A stretch of DNA of 20,000 nt from an uncultured virus (IMG/VR IMGVR_UViG_3300009159_007116) (Duplodnaviria > Heunggongvirae > Uroviricota > Caudoviricetes): positions 55,921 through 75,920 of IMG/VR virus record IMGVR_UViG_3300009159_007116, one strand, 5' to 3'. Below the pieces are notes generated by a model. That model ran no database searches. It worked only from the letters and a program-made list of their open reading frames with translations, and was not told where the DNA came from. Positions 1 to 8,146 of the stretch are shown here, one piece after another. The position numbers and the translations under genes are program-made. The first letter of the stretch is position 1. Every line of letters starts with the position of its first letter.

Positions 1-2
1 AT

Positions 3-794
3 AATATAAAAAAAATATCTGATATTCCAAATTATCTTGTTTTTGATGCCATTCTAAGCCATGAAAAATTTATGCAATTTGATATAGCTTTGACTATATC
101 TAAACATTTACACATACCATTAATATGTCTAGAACATGTATGCATGACAGAAACAAGAACTGCATTAAAGAAAAAATTTGGTAATACAAACATATTTATT
201 TCTGAATATTCTGTAAAATCTTGGGATTTCAATAAAGAACATGAAGTTATTAATCATGGAGTTGACACTAGGATTTTTAACAATAAGAAAATAAAAAGAG
301 AAAACAACATTCTAAGTGTTGTTAACGATTGGAAAAATAGAGATTATGAATGTGGATTTACATTATGGCAAAACATAACAAAAGATATGCCAGTAGTTGT
401 AATCGGCAGCAATCCAGAACTTTCTGAACCAGCTAAAGATGTTGATGATTTAGTTAATAGTTATAATAGATCTAGTATATTTTTAAATACATCAATATTT
501 AGTCCATTGCCAACCACTTTAATAGAGGCTATGGCATGTGGTTGCTGTGTTATTACTACCGCAAATGGAATGTGTTCAGAAATAATTAAAAATGGCGTAA
601 ATGGATTTATTTCAAACGATGAAAACGAACTTAAATTATTCTTAAATAATTGTTTGGAAGATCCTTCTTTGTGCAGAAAAATGGGTGAAGAAGCAAGAAA
701 AACAATACTTCAAAATTTTTCCCTAGAATCTTTTACAAATAGATGGAATGAAGTTTTACAGAAGGCAGTAACCAAAAACTGGTGGGAACTATGA
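3..794 (+). CDS. Glycosyltransferase, GT-B fold (GT4 / Glycos_transf_1-like), 5'-truncated by the window edge
   Basis: The frame is open from base 3 (NIKKISDIPNYLVFDAILSHEKFMQF...), so the true start lies upstream. GT4 signatures: VINHGVDTRIF, SSIFLNTS..SPLPTTLIEAMACGCCVITT, EIIKNGVNGFI, RKMGEEARKTILQNFS. Confidence 0.9.
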   Translation, partial: NIKKISDIPNYLVFDAILSHEKFMQFDIALTISKHLHIPLICLEHVCMTETRTALKKKFGNTNIFISEYSVKSWDFNKEHEVINHGVDTRIFNNKKIKRENNILSVVNDWKNRDYECGFTLWQNITKDMPVVVIGSNPELSEPAKDVDDLVNSYNRSSIFLNTSIFSPLPTTLIEAMACGCCVITTANGMCSEIIKNGVNGFISNDENELKLFLNNCLEDPSLCRKMGEEARKTILQNFSLESFTNRWNEVLQKAVTKNWWEL

Positions 795-1270
795 AAATAA
801 ATATAGGAATACCATTCTTTAAAGAAGATGTTGAGGACAGTGAGTTTACATATATAAGCCCATTTCCAACATCGTCTGATAGTATTTTATATTGTCATTA
901 TCAAGATTTAAGTAAAATTGCAGATGATGGTGAATTAGATGCTATTTCCTGCAAAAGAGTTTTAAATTTTATAAGTCATTTAGAAATAAAAGACACTATT
1001 AAACATTGGTGCAAAAAATTAAAGCATGAAGGAAAACTATTTTTATTTTTTGAAGATATTATTGAGTTATGTAGATTGACAACAATTGGAAGCATTAAGG
1101 AAGAAGATATATCGCAATATATTTATGGTGGTCAAGAAGAAGGTTGGAACTTTAAAAAATCTGGCATTACAATACCTTTTATAAAAAATATACTTGTAGA
1201 AAATGGTATGATAATAGAGAATGTCAAACTTGACTCGTTTTATTGTTATATAGAATCAAGGAGAAAATAA
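791..1270 (+). CDS. Class I SAM-methyltransferase-like protein (Methyltransf_11-like, divergent)
   Basis: ATG at 791 overlaps the upstream TGA (ATGA). MKINIG at motif I and DGELDAISCKRVLNFI...IKHWCKKLKHEGKLFL match the small glycan-cluster methyltransferase pattern (D.I...HVLEH....L.EW.RVLKPGG.L). The Gly-rich loop is absent. Confidence 0.6.
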   Translation: MKINIGIPFFKEDVEDSEFTYISPFPTSSDSILYCHYQDLSKIADDGELDAISCKRVLNFISHLEIKDTIKHWCKKLKHEGKLFLFFEDIIELCRLTTIGSIKEEDISQYIYGGQEEGWNFKKSGITIPFIKNILVENGMIIENVKLDSFYCYIESRRK

Positions 1271-2091
1271 TGCTAGGAACTGTTCATACATCATGTAAAG
1301 ATTGTATATTTGCTATTTATTCTGATAAAACTCAAACAGATTGTTCTTTTGATAAAATAAAAAAGCTCAAAGAGAATGGCGTTGCAGTAGACGAATCATT
1401 CGATGATGAAAAGGAATTTTTTGTAATCAATAATCATGCTTGCATGACATATAGACCAGCATCTTTTTTAGAAGGAAAAACATTTGAAGAAGCAAAGGAA
1501 AGTGCTAGAGAAAGATCTTCAGTTAGAGTTGGCTGTTTAGTTATGATAAAAGAAGATCAAGGCAATTTAATTAAAATTATAGATAGTATTTGCAACCAGA
1601 CTAAACAATTTAGCGAAGTAATTTTCTGTGCTAATCCAGAAGTTCAACCATCAAAAATAATGAAACTTCTTAATGATAAAAAAGTAACATTTAAATGGTC
1701 TATTAGACATATAGTTGATGGTGAATATGTCGGAGATGTTTCTATGAATGTAGCAATGCAAAAAACAAATTGCATATACATGTCTGTTTTTACCTCCGAT
1801 TTTATTGTGCCAAATAAATTTGTAGAGCAAATTGACATTGCCCTAAATGATAACATGCAAAGATTTTTGTTGTTAGAACCGATTGATTCTGAAAATAATG
1901 GGCTTACTTTTCAATCATTTATATTTAACGCATTGCGTGGAAATGAACAAGCAGTTGTTGATGACAATTCTGAAAAACCAGCAAATAGTATTATTGAAAA
2001 AATAAAGTATGTGGCAACAACACAGAACCTTACTTCCATGATTAAAAAGTGTGAAGATATATGTCCATGCATAGTAAACAGCCAAGAGTAA
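1270..2091 (+). CDS. Hypothetical protein: N-terminal Cys motif plus divergent GT-A-like domain
   Basis: Likely start is ATG 1270 (TAATG overlap with the previous stop). N-terminal CKDC..C..C motif. VGCLVMI...LIKIIDSICNQTKQFSEVIF resembles the GT2 N-terminal pattern (L..CLDSI..QT....EIIV). No DxD is evident. Confidence 0.5.
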   Translation: MLGTVHTSCKDCIFAIYSDKTQTDCSFDKIKKLKENGVAVDESFDDEKEFFVINNHACMTYRPASFLEGKTFEEAKESARERSSVRVGCLVMIKEDQGNLIKIIDSICNQTKQFSEVIFCANPEVQPSKIMKLLNDKKVTFKWSIRHIVDGEYVGDVSMNVAMQKTNCIYMSVFTSDFIVPNKFVEQIDIALNDNMQRFLLLEPIDSENNGLTFQSFIFNALRGNEQAVVDDNSEKPANSIIEKIKYVATTQNLTSMIKKCEDICPCIVNSQE

Positions 2092-2834
2092 CTGTAGTTG
2101 TACCAAATTACAATTATGGCCATTGGATAGAAAGCTGTTTAGACAGTGTTGCTAATGATCCGTATGATAGTAAAAGCATTGTTGTTATTGATGATGGATC
2201 TACAGATAGTTCAGCACAAAATGTATATAATTTAATAACTAATCCAAAACCATTTTCAGAAAATGGAATTGATGGAATAATTGGAACATATAAAGATTAC
2301 AATTTTCAAATAAAATTAATTGCTGCAAATACATCTAGAGGCCCATCAGCAGCTAGAAACATTGGAATAAAGTCTTGTTTTGATGAAACAGACTTTTTTT
2401 CATTTATTGATTCAGATGACATGCACATTTCTGGAAAAATAAAGACAACAGTTAAGAAGATGATTGAACATCAAGGCTATGTTGGCGTTGTATATTGTGA
2501 CTATGAAAATTTATATGTAGATAAAAATAGAGTTCATCAACAATATAAAGAACCATTCTGCTCAGAAAGATTGTTGTCAGAGTGTATAATTCCACCACAT
2601 AGTTTAGTTGCAAAATATGCAATTGAAGACTCTGGTCTTTTTGACGAAGAAATGCGTGTGGCAGAAGATTATGATTGGTGGATAAGAATATCTAAAAAAT
2701 TTGTTTGTTATCACATACCAGAAAAGTATGTAATCATGAGAACAGGAAAATATAATTCTTCTAATACAGTAGATAAAAATATATGGATTAAAAATTGGGC
2801 AAGAATAAGAGACAAAATAAGTAATGGCTCATAA
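2061..2834 (+). CDS. Family 2 glycosyltransferase (GT-A fold)
   Basis: Canonical GT2 motifs: PRVTVVVPNYNYGHWIESCLDSV, IVVIDDGSTD, RGPSAARNIGI, FIDSDD (DxD), GLFDEEMRVAEDYDWWIRI. Confidence 0.95.
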   Translation: MSMHSKQPRVTVVVPNYNYGHWIESCLDSVANDPYDSKSIVVIDDGSTDSSAQNVYNLITNPKPFSENGIDGIIGTYKDYNFQIKLIAANTSRGPSAARNIGIKSCFDETDFFSFIDSDDMHISGKIKTTVKKMIEHQGYVGVVYCDYENLYVDKNRVHQQYKEPFCSERLLSECIIPPHSLVAKYAIEDSGLFDEEMRVAEDYDWWIRISKKFVCYHIPEKYVIMRTGKYNSSNTVDKNIWIKNWARIRDKISNGS

Positions 2835-3510
2835 ACTTGGCGTTGTTATATTAGCTGCTGGCCTTGGCAAAAGAATGAAGGCATATGGTCCTAAATCGGC
2901 TATTGGCATATCGTCAGATCAAACAGTTATAGGTAGACAAATAAGCATAATTCAATCATGTTTTCCAAAGTATGAAATAACTGTAATAGTAGGATTTCAA
3001 AAAGATAAAGTATTAGAAAAAATGCCATCTTTAATTTCATATATAGAAAACAAAAGCTATGAATCTACGAATACATCAATGTCTGTTAATTTAGCTTTAA
3101 GTAGAAATAACTACTCAAAACTTTTAATAATTTATGGCGATCTTGTTTTTACAGATGAAATATTTAAGGAAACTCCAAAAAATAATTCTTGGGTTGCTAT
3201 AGATAATGAAAAAAATCAAAGGTCTATGGAAGTTGGAGTTAATGTAGTTGATAACAATGTGGTTCATTTTTCCTATGGCGTAAGTCCAAAGTGGGGGCAT
3301 ATAGCTATGCTCACTGGAAATGAATTGCTTCTCTATAAAAAAATAACAAACAATGAAAGATCACATAAGAAATTTTGCTTTGAAATTTTTAATGAAATAA
3401 TAGATCAGTCTGGTATATTTAAAGCTCATAGGAACAACAACTGGAAAATGGTTGAGATAGACACTTCCAAAGATATAGATAGAGCAAAGAAACTAGTGAA
3501 AAGAGGCTAA
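2824..3510 (+). CDS. Nucleotidyltransferase (LicC / choline- or sugar-phosphate cytidylyltransferase-like)
   Basis: VILAAGLGKRMK...PK signature, IVGFQ, N..YESTNTSMS, LIIYGDLVF, and C-terminal EIDTSKDI. Confidence 0.85.
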   Translation: MAHKLGVVILAAGLGKRMKAYGPKSAIGISSDQTVIGRQISIIQSCFPKYEITVIVGFQKDKVLEKMPSLISYIENKSYESTNTSMSVNLALSRNNYSKLLIIYGDLVFTDEIFKETPKNNSWVAIDNEKNQRSMEVGVNVVDNNVVHFSYGVSPKWGHIAMLTGNELLLYKKITNNERSHKKFCFEIFNEIIDQSGIFKAHRNNNWKMVEIDTSKDIDRAKKLVKRG

Positions 3511-3511
3511 G

Positions 3512-4378
3512 ATGAATATTCTTTGTGTTCATGGGGAACAATTAAACATAGAAGAATTCTCAGGTTGGGGCAAAGCATTTATATCTTGTGGACATGAATT
3601 TCTATTTTTTAAACAAAAAGAAAAATCAATTCTAGATGCGTTTTATGAAAAAAAACCAGATCTATTTATTACATGTGAATCAGCGTTTGATAGAGCTACA
3701 AAAAAAGCAATAAATCTTTATCCAAAATGCAAAGTTGTTATTTTTTATAAAAACTCTTCTTTTTTAGAAAACAAAAACTTTCATGATAATGTTTATTGTT
3801 TTAATAATTTTGATCCATCTATAGATATCTATCCTTTGCTCAAAGGAAAATTAAAGTCAAACTTAATTTCTGACATCAATTATGTTGGTGAATACATAGA
3901 TGATAACGACAATGTTATTTTAAACACCCTATCTGAAAATGGCTTTATTGTTAAGGTATGGGGAGATAAGAAGTGGCCATACAGACAGTATTTAGGAAAA
4001 GCAAAAGAAAATCTTGTTAAGGACATTATAATGTCTTGCTCCTTATCTGTTTCTTCTGATTTATTTTCTGGTGAAATTTGGCCTTTAAAGGTGTTCGCAT
4101 CTGGAAAACCATGTATACTGTATAGATCGGCTAAGACGAAAGATTTGATAAGTGCAGACAATTTTAATTATGAAGATGAAGAATCGTTTTTTAAAGCTAT
4201 TATAGACTTGCTTCAAAATCCAGATTCTTTAAATGACGAAGTAGAGAGAATAAATAAAGATGTAAGGAATAATCATACATCACATAATAGAGTAGCAAAA
4301 CTTTTTAATCTATTGAGTATGGAACAGGAGTCAGATAAATGTCTATTGGAATTAAAAAAAATTCTAAAGAAGTACTAA
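3512..4378 (+). CDS. GT-B glycosyltransferase-like protein (CgeB / Glyco_trans_1_2-like)
   Basis: KPDLFI, SDINYVG, VKVWGDKKW, LKVFASGKPCI and a C-terminal VRNNHTSHNRVAKL, which matches the V...HT..HR pattern of CgeB-type proteins. Confidence 0.7.
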   Translation: MNILCVHGEQLNIEEFSGWGKAFISCGHEFLFFKQKEKSILDAFYEKKPDLFITCESAFDRATKKAINLYPKCKVVIFYKNSSFLENKNFHDNVYCFNNFDPSIDIYPLLKGKLKSNLISDINYVGEYIDDNDNVILNTLSENGFIVKVWGDKKWPYRQYLGKAKENLVKDIIMSCSLSVSSDLFSGEIWPLKVFASGKPCILYRSAKTKDLISADNFNYEDEESFFKAIIDLLQNPDSLNDEVERINKDVRNNHTSHNRVAKLFNLLSMEQESDKCLLELKKILKKY

Positions 4379-5043
4379 GTGTAAATTTAGGTTTTGTCAA
4401 ATCTTCAGATCATCTCAGAAAGTCTTTGTGGTGGATAACTAGAGATTTTACCAACACCACTTTAAAAGTAGTTATAGCAATAGAAGACAATGAAAAATCT
4501 AATGATATAATTGACATTTTAAAAGCGTGTTCAATCAGATGTTCTTGGACTATCATTAAAACTAAAACAGAACATTTAATCGAAACATATGGATTAAAGA
4601 CATATCAAGAATCAAAAAGTTTAGCTCATAAAATATGCGATAAGTTTTGCACAAATAAAAAAATAATTTCAAGCCCTCAAATCATTTATGGCGACAATTC
4701 TTTTAAAGAATTTGCAGATCAAATAAACAATGAATTTGTAAATACGATGAATTGTTATTCAATGCCACAATATGTTCAAGTTGGACTTACGGATGCTTCT
4801 TCTAATTTTTCAAATTTTTTAATGAAAGAGTGTTTTAAATTTCCAATATACAGCTTTGAATATCCAGCAAAAATAGCTGACTATACAGTTAAGTCATTTT
4901 ATGATACTGAAGACAACAAAGAAGTTAAATTTTTAAATTTGAATTGTTTCTTTTTAGAAACAAATGATTCATGCCCACAAATAGATGTCGAGTTTAATCA
5001 ATCTACAATAGATCAAAGCGATATTATGGAGTGGTTATGCTAG
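4339..5043 (+). CDS. Hypothetical protein in the glycosylation cluster
   Basis: 234-aa ORF overlapping both neighbours on the same strand. Weak GT-A-like N-terminus (HLRKSLWWI....LKVVIAIED) but no diagnostic motif. Start uncertain. Confidence 0.6.
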   Translation: MSIGIKKNSKEVLSVNLGFVKSSDHLRKSLWWITRDFTNTTLKVVIAIEDNEKSNDIIDILKACSIRCSWTIIKTKTEHLIETYGLKTYQESKSLAHKICDKFCTNKKIISSPQIIYGDNSFKEFADQINNEFVNTMNCYSMPQYVQVGLTDASSNFSNFLMKECFKFPIYSFEYPAKIADYTVKSFYDTEDNKEVKFLNLNCFFLETNDSCPQIDVEFNQSTIDQSDIMEWLC

Positions 5044-5777
5044 CATTTAGAATCCCAAAACCAATAACTATAATTGGTGATCATACTAATAAAGTAATTA
5101 GTTTTGCATCATGTAATTTTTGGACATCTATTAATTTTAATACAATAATTGAAACACAAGCTCTATGTGATTCAACATTAAAAGTATTAAATTATATATA
5201 CATGAATAATCATTTTGAAAAAAACATAATTATAAAAGATCTTTACCCCAATGATGACTTTGCTAAAATTCAATCTGCTGTATTTGGTGGGTTGAACTAT
5301 TTAACAATTTCAGATCATCTTTGGTTTTCAATAAAGCTTAATTATGAAAAAGAATTTTTTGATCACATTATGCTTTACGAAATAAATAAAGATTTTTTTC
5401 AATATGATAAGTCTATAGCCAAATCATTTCATAAAATGGATAATCTTGAAAAAATGGTCAGCGATTTTTATGATGCATATCAAGAAAAAAACTGGTTATT
5501 TTTAGGTCAATTAATAAACTCTTATTGGAAAATAAAAAGAGATGTTGATCCAGCATCTAAAAATACATATATAGAAAAACTTTATTCTGATTGTAGGTTA
5601 AATGGTGCAATAGGTGGCAAAATGGATGGTTCTTTAATGTTGTTATTTGTAAAGCCAGAAAATCAAGATTCGATAAAATCAATAATGAAAGATCATGTTC
5701 AAATAAATAACACTCTAGATTTAACTGGCATAATCCATGAGGAACTATTCAGTGGAAATAGCAATTGTTGTAAATAA
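5037..5777 (+). CDS. GHMP-kinase (HddA heptose-7-phosphate kinase)-like protein with degenerate catalytic motifs
   Basis: N-terminal RIPKPITIIGDHTN corresponds to the HddA RAPLRISFAGGGTD motif. The C-terminal LGQLINSYWKIKR...NTYIEKLY.....NGAIGGK...LMLLFV matches GHMP_kinases_C. Start is ATG 5037 or GTG 5031. Confidence 0.7.
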   Translation: MLAFRIPKPITIIGDHTNKVISFASCNFWTSINFNTIIETQALCDSTLKVLNYIYMNNHFEKNIIIKDLYPNDDFAKIQSAVFGGLNYLTISDHLWFSIKLNYEKEFFDHIMLYEINKDFFQYDKSIAKSFHKMDNLEKMVSDFYDAYQEKNWLFLGQLINSYWKIKRDVDPASKNTYIEKLYSDCRLNGAIGGKMDGSLMLLFVKPENQDSIKSIMKDHVQINNTLDLTGIIHEELFSGNSNCCK

Positions 5778-6210
5778 AATAAGGTTTAGCCAGCTTTCAT
5801 ATCTTTTGACTAAACAGTCACATGATAATGATTTAGTTGTATTTTCTCAAAATGACTACACTATTAATGCAAACAATGGATTCTCTATCTTTATGATGTA
5901 TGATTTTTGGAATTATAAGGGCAATAACATTGTTGCTACAGATATAGATTCATGTAAACTCATCTTAAAAAACCCATCCGTAAAAAGCTTTTATTTTTAT
6001 GTTTGGGATTTAGAATGGATGAGATTGCAATCTTTTGATTATGAAGACATTCAGCAAATATATGGTAATAGTAAAATTAAATTGATTGCTAGAAGTGACA
6101 GACATGCATTAGCTATTGAACAGGCGTGGAATAAAAAATGTTTAGTGGTTGAAGACTTTAAATTAAGCGAAATATTTAGGAGCGATAAAAATGAACCAAT
6201 TAACGCATGA
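5737..6210 (+). CDS. Hypothetical protein, possibly a stand-alone GT-B N-terminal half-domain
   Basis: 157-aa coupled ORF. IVATD...FYFYVWDLEW...KLIARSDRHALAIEQAW resembles the N-terminal Rossmann-like domain of GT-B enzymes (IAT...YFVQD.E...IAVS.WL). Confidence 0.5.
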   Translation: MRNYSVEIAIVVNKIRFSQLSYLLTKQSHDNDLVVFSQNDYTINANNGFSIFMMYDFWNYKGNNIVATDIDSCKLILKNPSVKSFYFYVWDLEWMRLQSFDYEDIQQIYGNSKIKLIARSDRHALAIEQAWNKKCLVVEDFKLSEIFRSDKNEPINA

Positions 6211-6955
6211 ATACTTAATTGAGCATTATGTACAACAAGTTAAATCTACATATCAAATAGCAGAAGAATTTGGTACATATCCCAATAAGGTTAGAAGGGC
6301 TTTAGTAGAATTTGGTATACCACTCAGGGATAAATCTCAGGCACAAGAAAAAGCCATAGAAACTGGTAGGTGTAAACACCCCACAAAAGGCAAGAAAACA
6401 TCAGAAGCAACAAAGAATAAGATAAGTGACTCTATTGCCAATGTATGGCAGGAAATGGGTGAGGATGAAAAGAAGAGAAGGGCTGAAATGTCTAGACAGC
6501 AATGGGAAGCTAAGTCTGTGCAAAAAGTAGAAGAAATGCAAAAGGCAGCAGCAATATCAGTTAGGGCAGCAGCAGTATATGGATCTAAACTAGAAAAGTT
6601 TTTAATTACTGGATTGAAAAAAGAAGGGTTTAAAGCAGACTTCCACAAAGAATTTTGGGCTATTGACAGAAAACAACATATAGATATATTTATTTCTGAT
6701 CTTAATTTGGCAATAGAAATAGATGGGCCAAGTCATTTTAGGTCTATTTGGGGTGAGGATATACATAAAAAACAAGTGGCTAGTGATAATAAAAAAACTG
6801 GATTTATAATAAATGCTGGAATGAAAATGATTCGTGTAAAAAACATAGATGGAAATAGTTCTGGATTTTATATGAGAACGATCTTGAAAAAACTTTTGCA
6901 TACAATAGACTTAGTTAAGAATGGTACGAAGGAATGTTTTTTTGAACTGGAGTAA
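6191..6955 (+). CDS. Putative free-standing homing-type endonuclease (HTH + NUMOD3-like + DUF559/Vsr-like nuclease)
   Basis: N-terminal HTH STYQIAEEFGTYPNKVRRALVEFGIPLR; NUMOD3-like KGKKTSEATKNKISDS; C-terminal SKLE...HIDIFISDLNLAIEIDGPSHF...D.KK..F....G.KMIRV, an EDxHD/Vsr-like pattern. Confidence 0.8.
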   Translation: MNQLTHEYLIEHYVQQVKSTYQIAEEFGTYPNKVRRALVEFGIPLRDKSQAQEKAIETGRCKHPTKGKKTSEATKNKISDSIANVWQEMGEDEKKRRAEMSRQQWEAKSVQKVEEMQKAAAISVRAAAVYGSKLEKFLITGLKKEGFKADFHKEFWAIDRKQHIDIFISDLNLAIEIDGPSHFRSIWGEDIHKKQVASDNKKTGFIINAGMKMIRVKNIDGNSSGFYMRTILKKLLHTIDLVKNGTKECFFELE

Positions 6956-6958
6956 TTA

Positions 6959-7624
6959 ATGTTAGATGAAGAAGAGAATGAAATTCCTCTTAGGACTAGT
7001 AGAGATTGGAATGAGTATGTCCTATCTCATTTTGGTCCAGATGAACTAGCTGATGGAAATCCAACAGTAGATGGTTTAAGAAGAGTTACCGAACTACTTC
7101 TTGGGCCAATTATTGATGGAAATGCCAAAGTTGTACAATCACCAACGCCTCAGAATGACAATAGATGTGTTGTTGAATATGAAGTTACAGTTCGTATTGG
7201 AGAAGAGGTGGTATCGCAACAAAGTGTAGCTGATTGCTATCCTGGCAATTGTGACCACCGATTTGCCGTCTATTCTTCTGCAATAGCTGAAACTAGGGCT
7301 GAAGGTCGAGCATTAAGGAAATTGCTCAAATTACGCAAAGTAATCGCTGCTGAAGAGGCGGGGCTAGTTCCTCTTGAAGAAACTGGAGTTAATGGTAAGA
7401 TAACTCCTACGCAGATGAATTTCATAGAAACTCTCTGCCAAAGAAATGATATCAATGTAGCAGCTTATTTGGGTGCAGCAAAAGATTTTAACTTTAATGG
7501 AAAGCTTGAAGAAATTCCATACAAGTCAGCAGTTGCTGTAATATCACATTTGTCTGAAATGCAAAGAAATCAAGCGTCTATTAATGTTAAGTTCAAGGGC
7601 TATAACTCTAACTGGAGGAAGTAA
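6959..7624 (+). CDS. Putative Rad52-superfamily (Sak/Erf/Redbeta-like) single-strand annealing protein
   Basis: GLRRVTELLLG helix, then three beta-strand-like segments, then AIAETRAEGRALRKLL, the AET.A.GRAL helix typical of Rad52-fold annealases. C-terminal ITPTQMNFI domain. SD GGAG upstream. Confidence 0.6.
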   Translation: MLDEEENEIPLRTSRDWNEYVLSHFGPDELADGNPTVDGLRRVTELLLGPIIDGNAKVVQSPTPQNDNRCVVEYEVTVRIGEEVVSQQSVADCYPGNCDHRFAVYSSAIAETRAEGRALRKLLKLRKVIAAEEAGLVPLEETGVNGKITPTQMNFIETLCQRNDINVAAYLGAAKDFNFNGKLEEIPYKSAVAVISHLSEMQRNQASINVKFKGYNSNWRK

Positions 7625-7626
7625 TT

Positions 7627-7995
7627 ATGAAGGCTATTATCCCAACAAAGTTTTGCACAATTGAAATTGATTGTGACTCTGTTAAAGATGTGTTTAGAGA
7701 AGTAGGAGGCATCTCCGAAATCTTTAATGAAGAAAAATGTGGGTTGTGTGGCAATACCGCAATTATGCCAAAAACACGATCCGTAGAAAAGAACAAGAAA
7801 GTCTACGAATATTTTGAGATGGGTTGCACTAACTCAAAGTGTAGGGCAAGGTTGTCTTATGGGCAGCGACAAGATGGTGGTGGTATTTTCCCAGTACGCA
7901 AGCTTGATGCTAATGGCAAGCCTGATCGTGAAGGTGGTGCTTATGGTCCACATAATGGTTGGAGCAAATATCGAGGCGAAAACAAAGATGAGTGA
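7627..7995 (+). CDS. Zn-ribbon hypothetical protein
   Basis: CGLC...CTNSKC Cys pairs and a basic/Gly-rich C-terminus. Strong SD GGAGG upstream of the ATG. Confidence 0.75.
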   Translation: MKAIIPTKFCTIEIDCDSVKDVFREVGGISEIFNEEKCGLCGNTAIMPKTRSVEKNKKVYEYFEMGCTNSKCRARLSYGQRQDGGGIFPVRKLDANGKPDREGGAYGPHNGWSKYRGENKDE

Positions 7996-8146
7996 TATTG
8001 GTATTGATGTTAGCTCTTTAAAAACTGAAGAGCTTAAAAAAGAACTCCTTTGGCTAGACGGATATGATACCGAATGGTCAAAGGAGATTTCTAAATTAAT
8101 TAAAGAAGAACTTAAGCTTAGAGATATTCAAGTTCAATCCACATAG
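7988..8146 (+). CDS. Small hypothetical protein (52 aa, helical)
   Basis: ATG 7988 overlaps the previous stop (ATGAGTGA). MSDIGIDVSSLKTEELKKELLWLDGYDTEWSKEISKLIKEELKLRDIQVQST is amphipathic. The longer 7814 start is unlikely. Confidence 0.6.
   Translation: MSDIGIDVSSLKTEELKKELLWLDGYDTEWSKEISKLIKEELKLRDIQVQST

Noticed and set aside
7814..7987. N-terminal extension of the 110-aa ORF
   Set aside because: It overlaps the Zn-ribbon gene out of frame. ATG 7988, coupled to the upstream stop, is the more plausible start.
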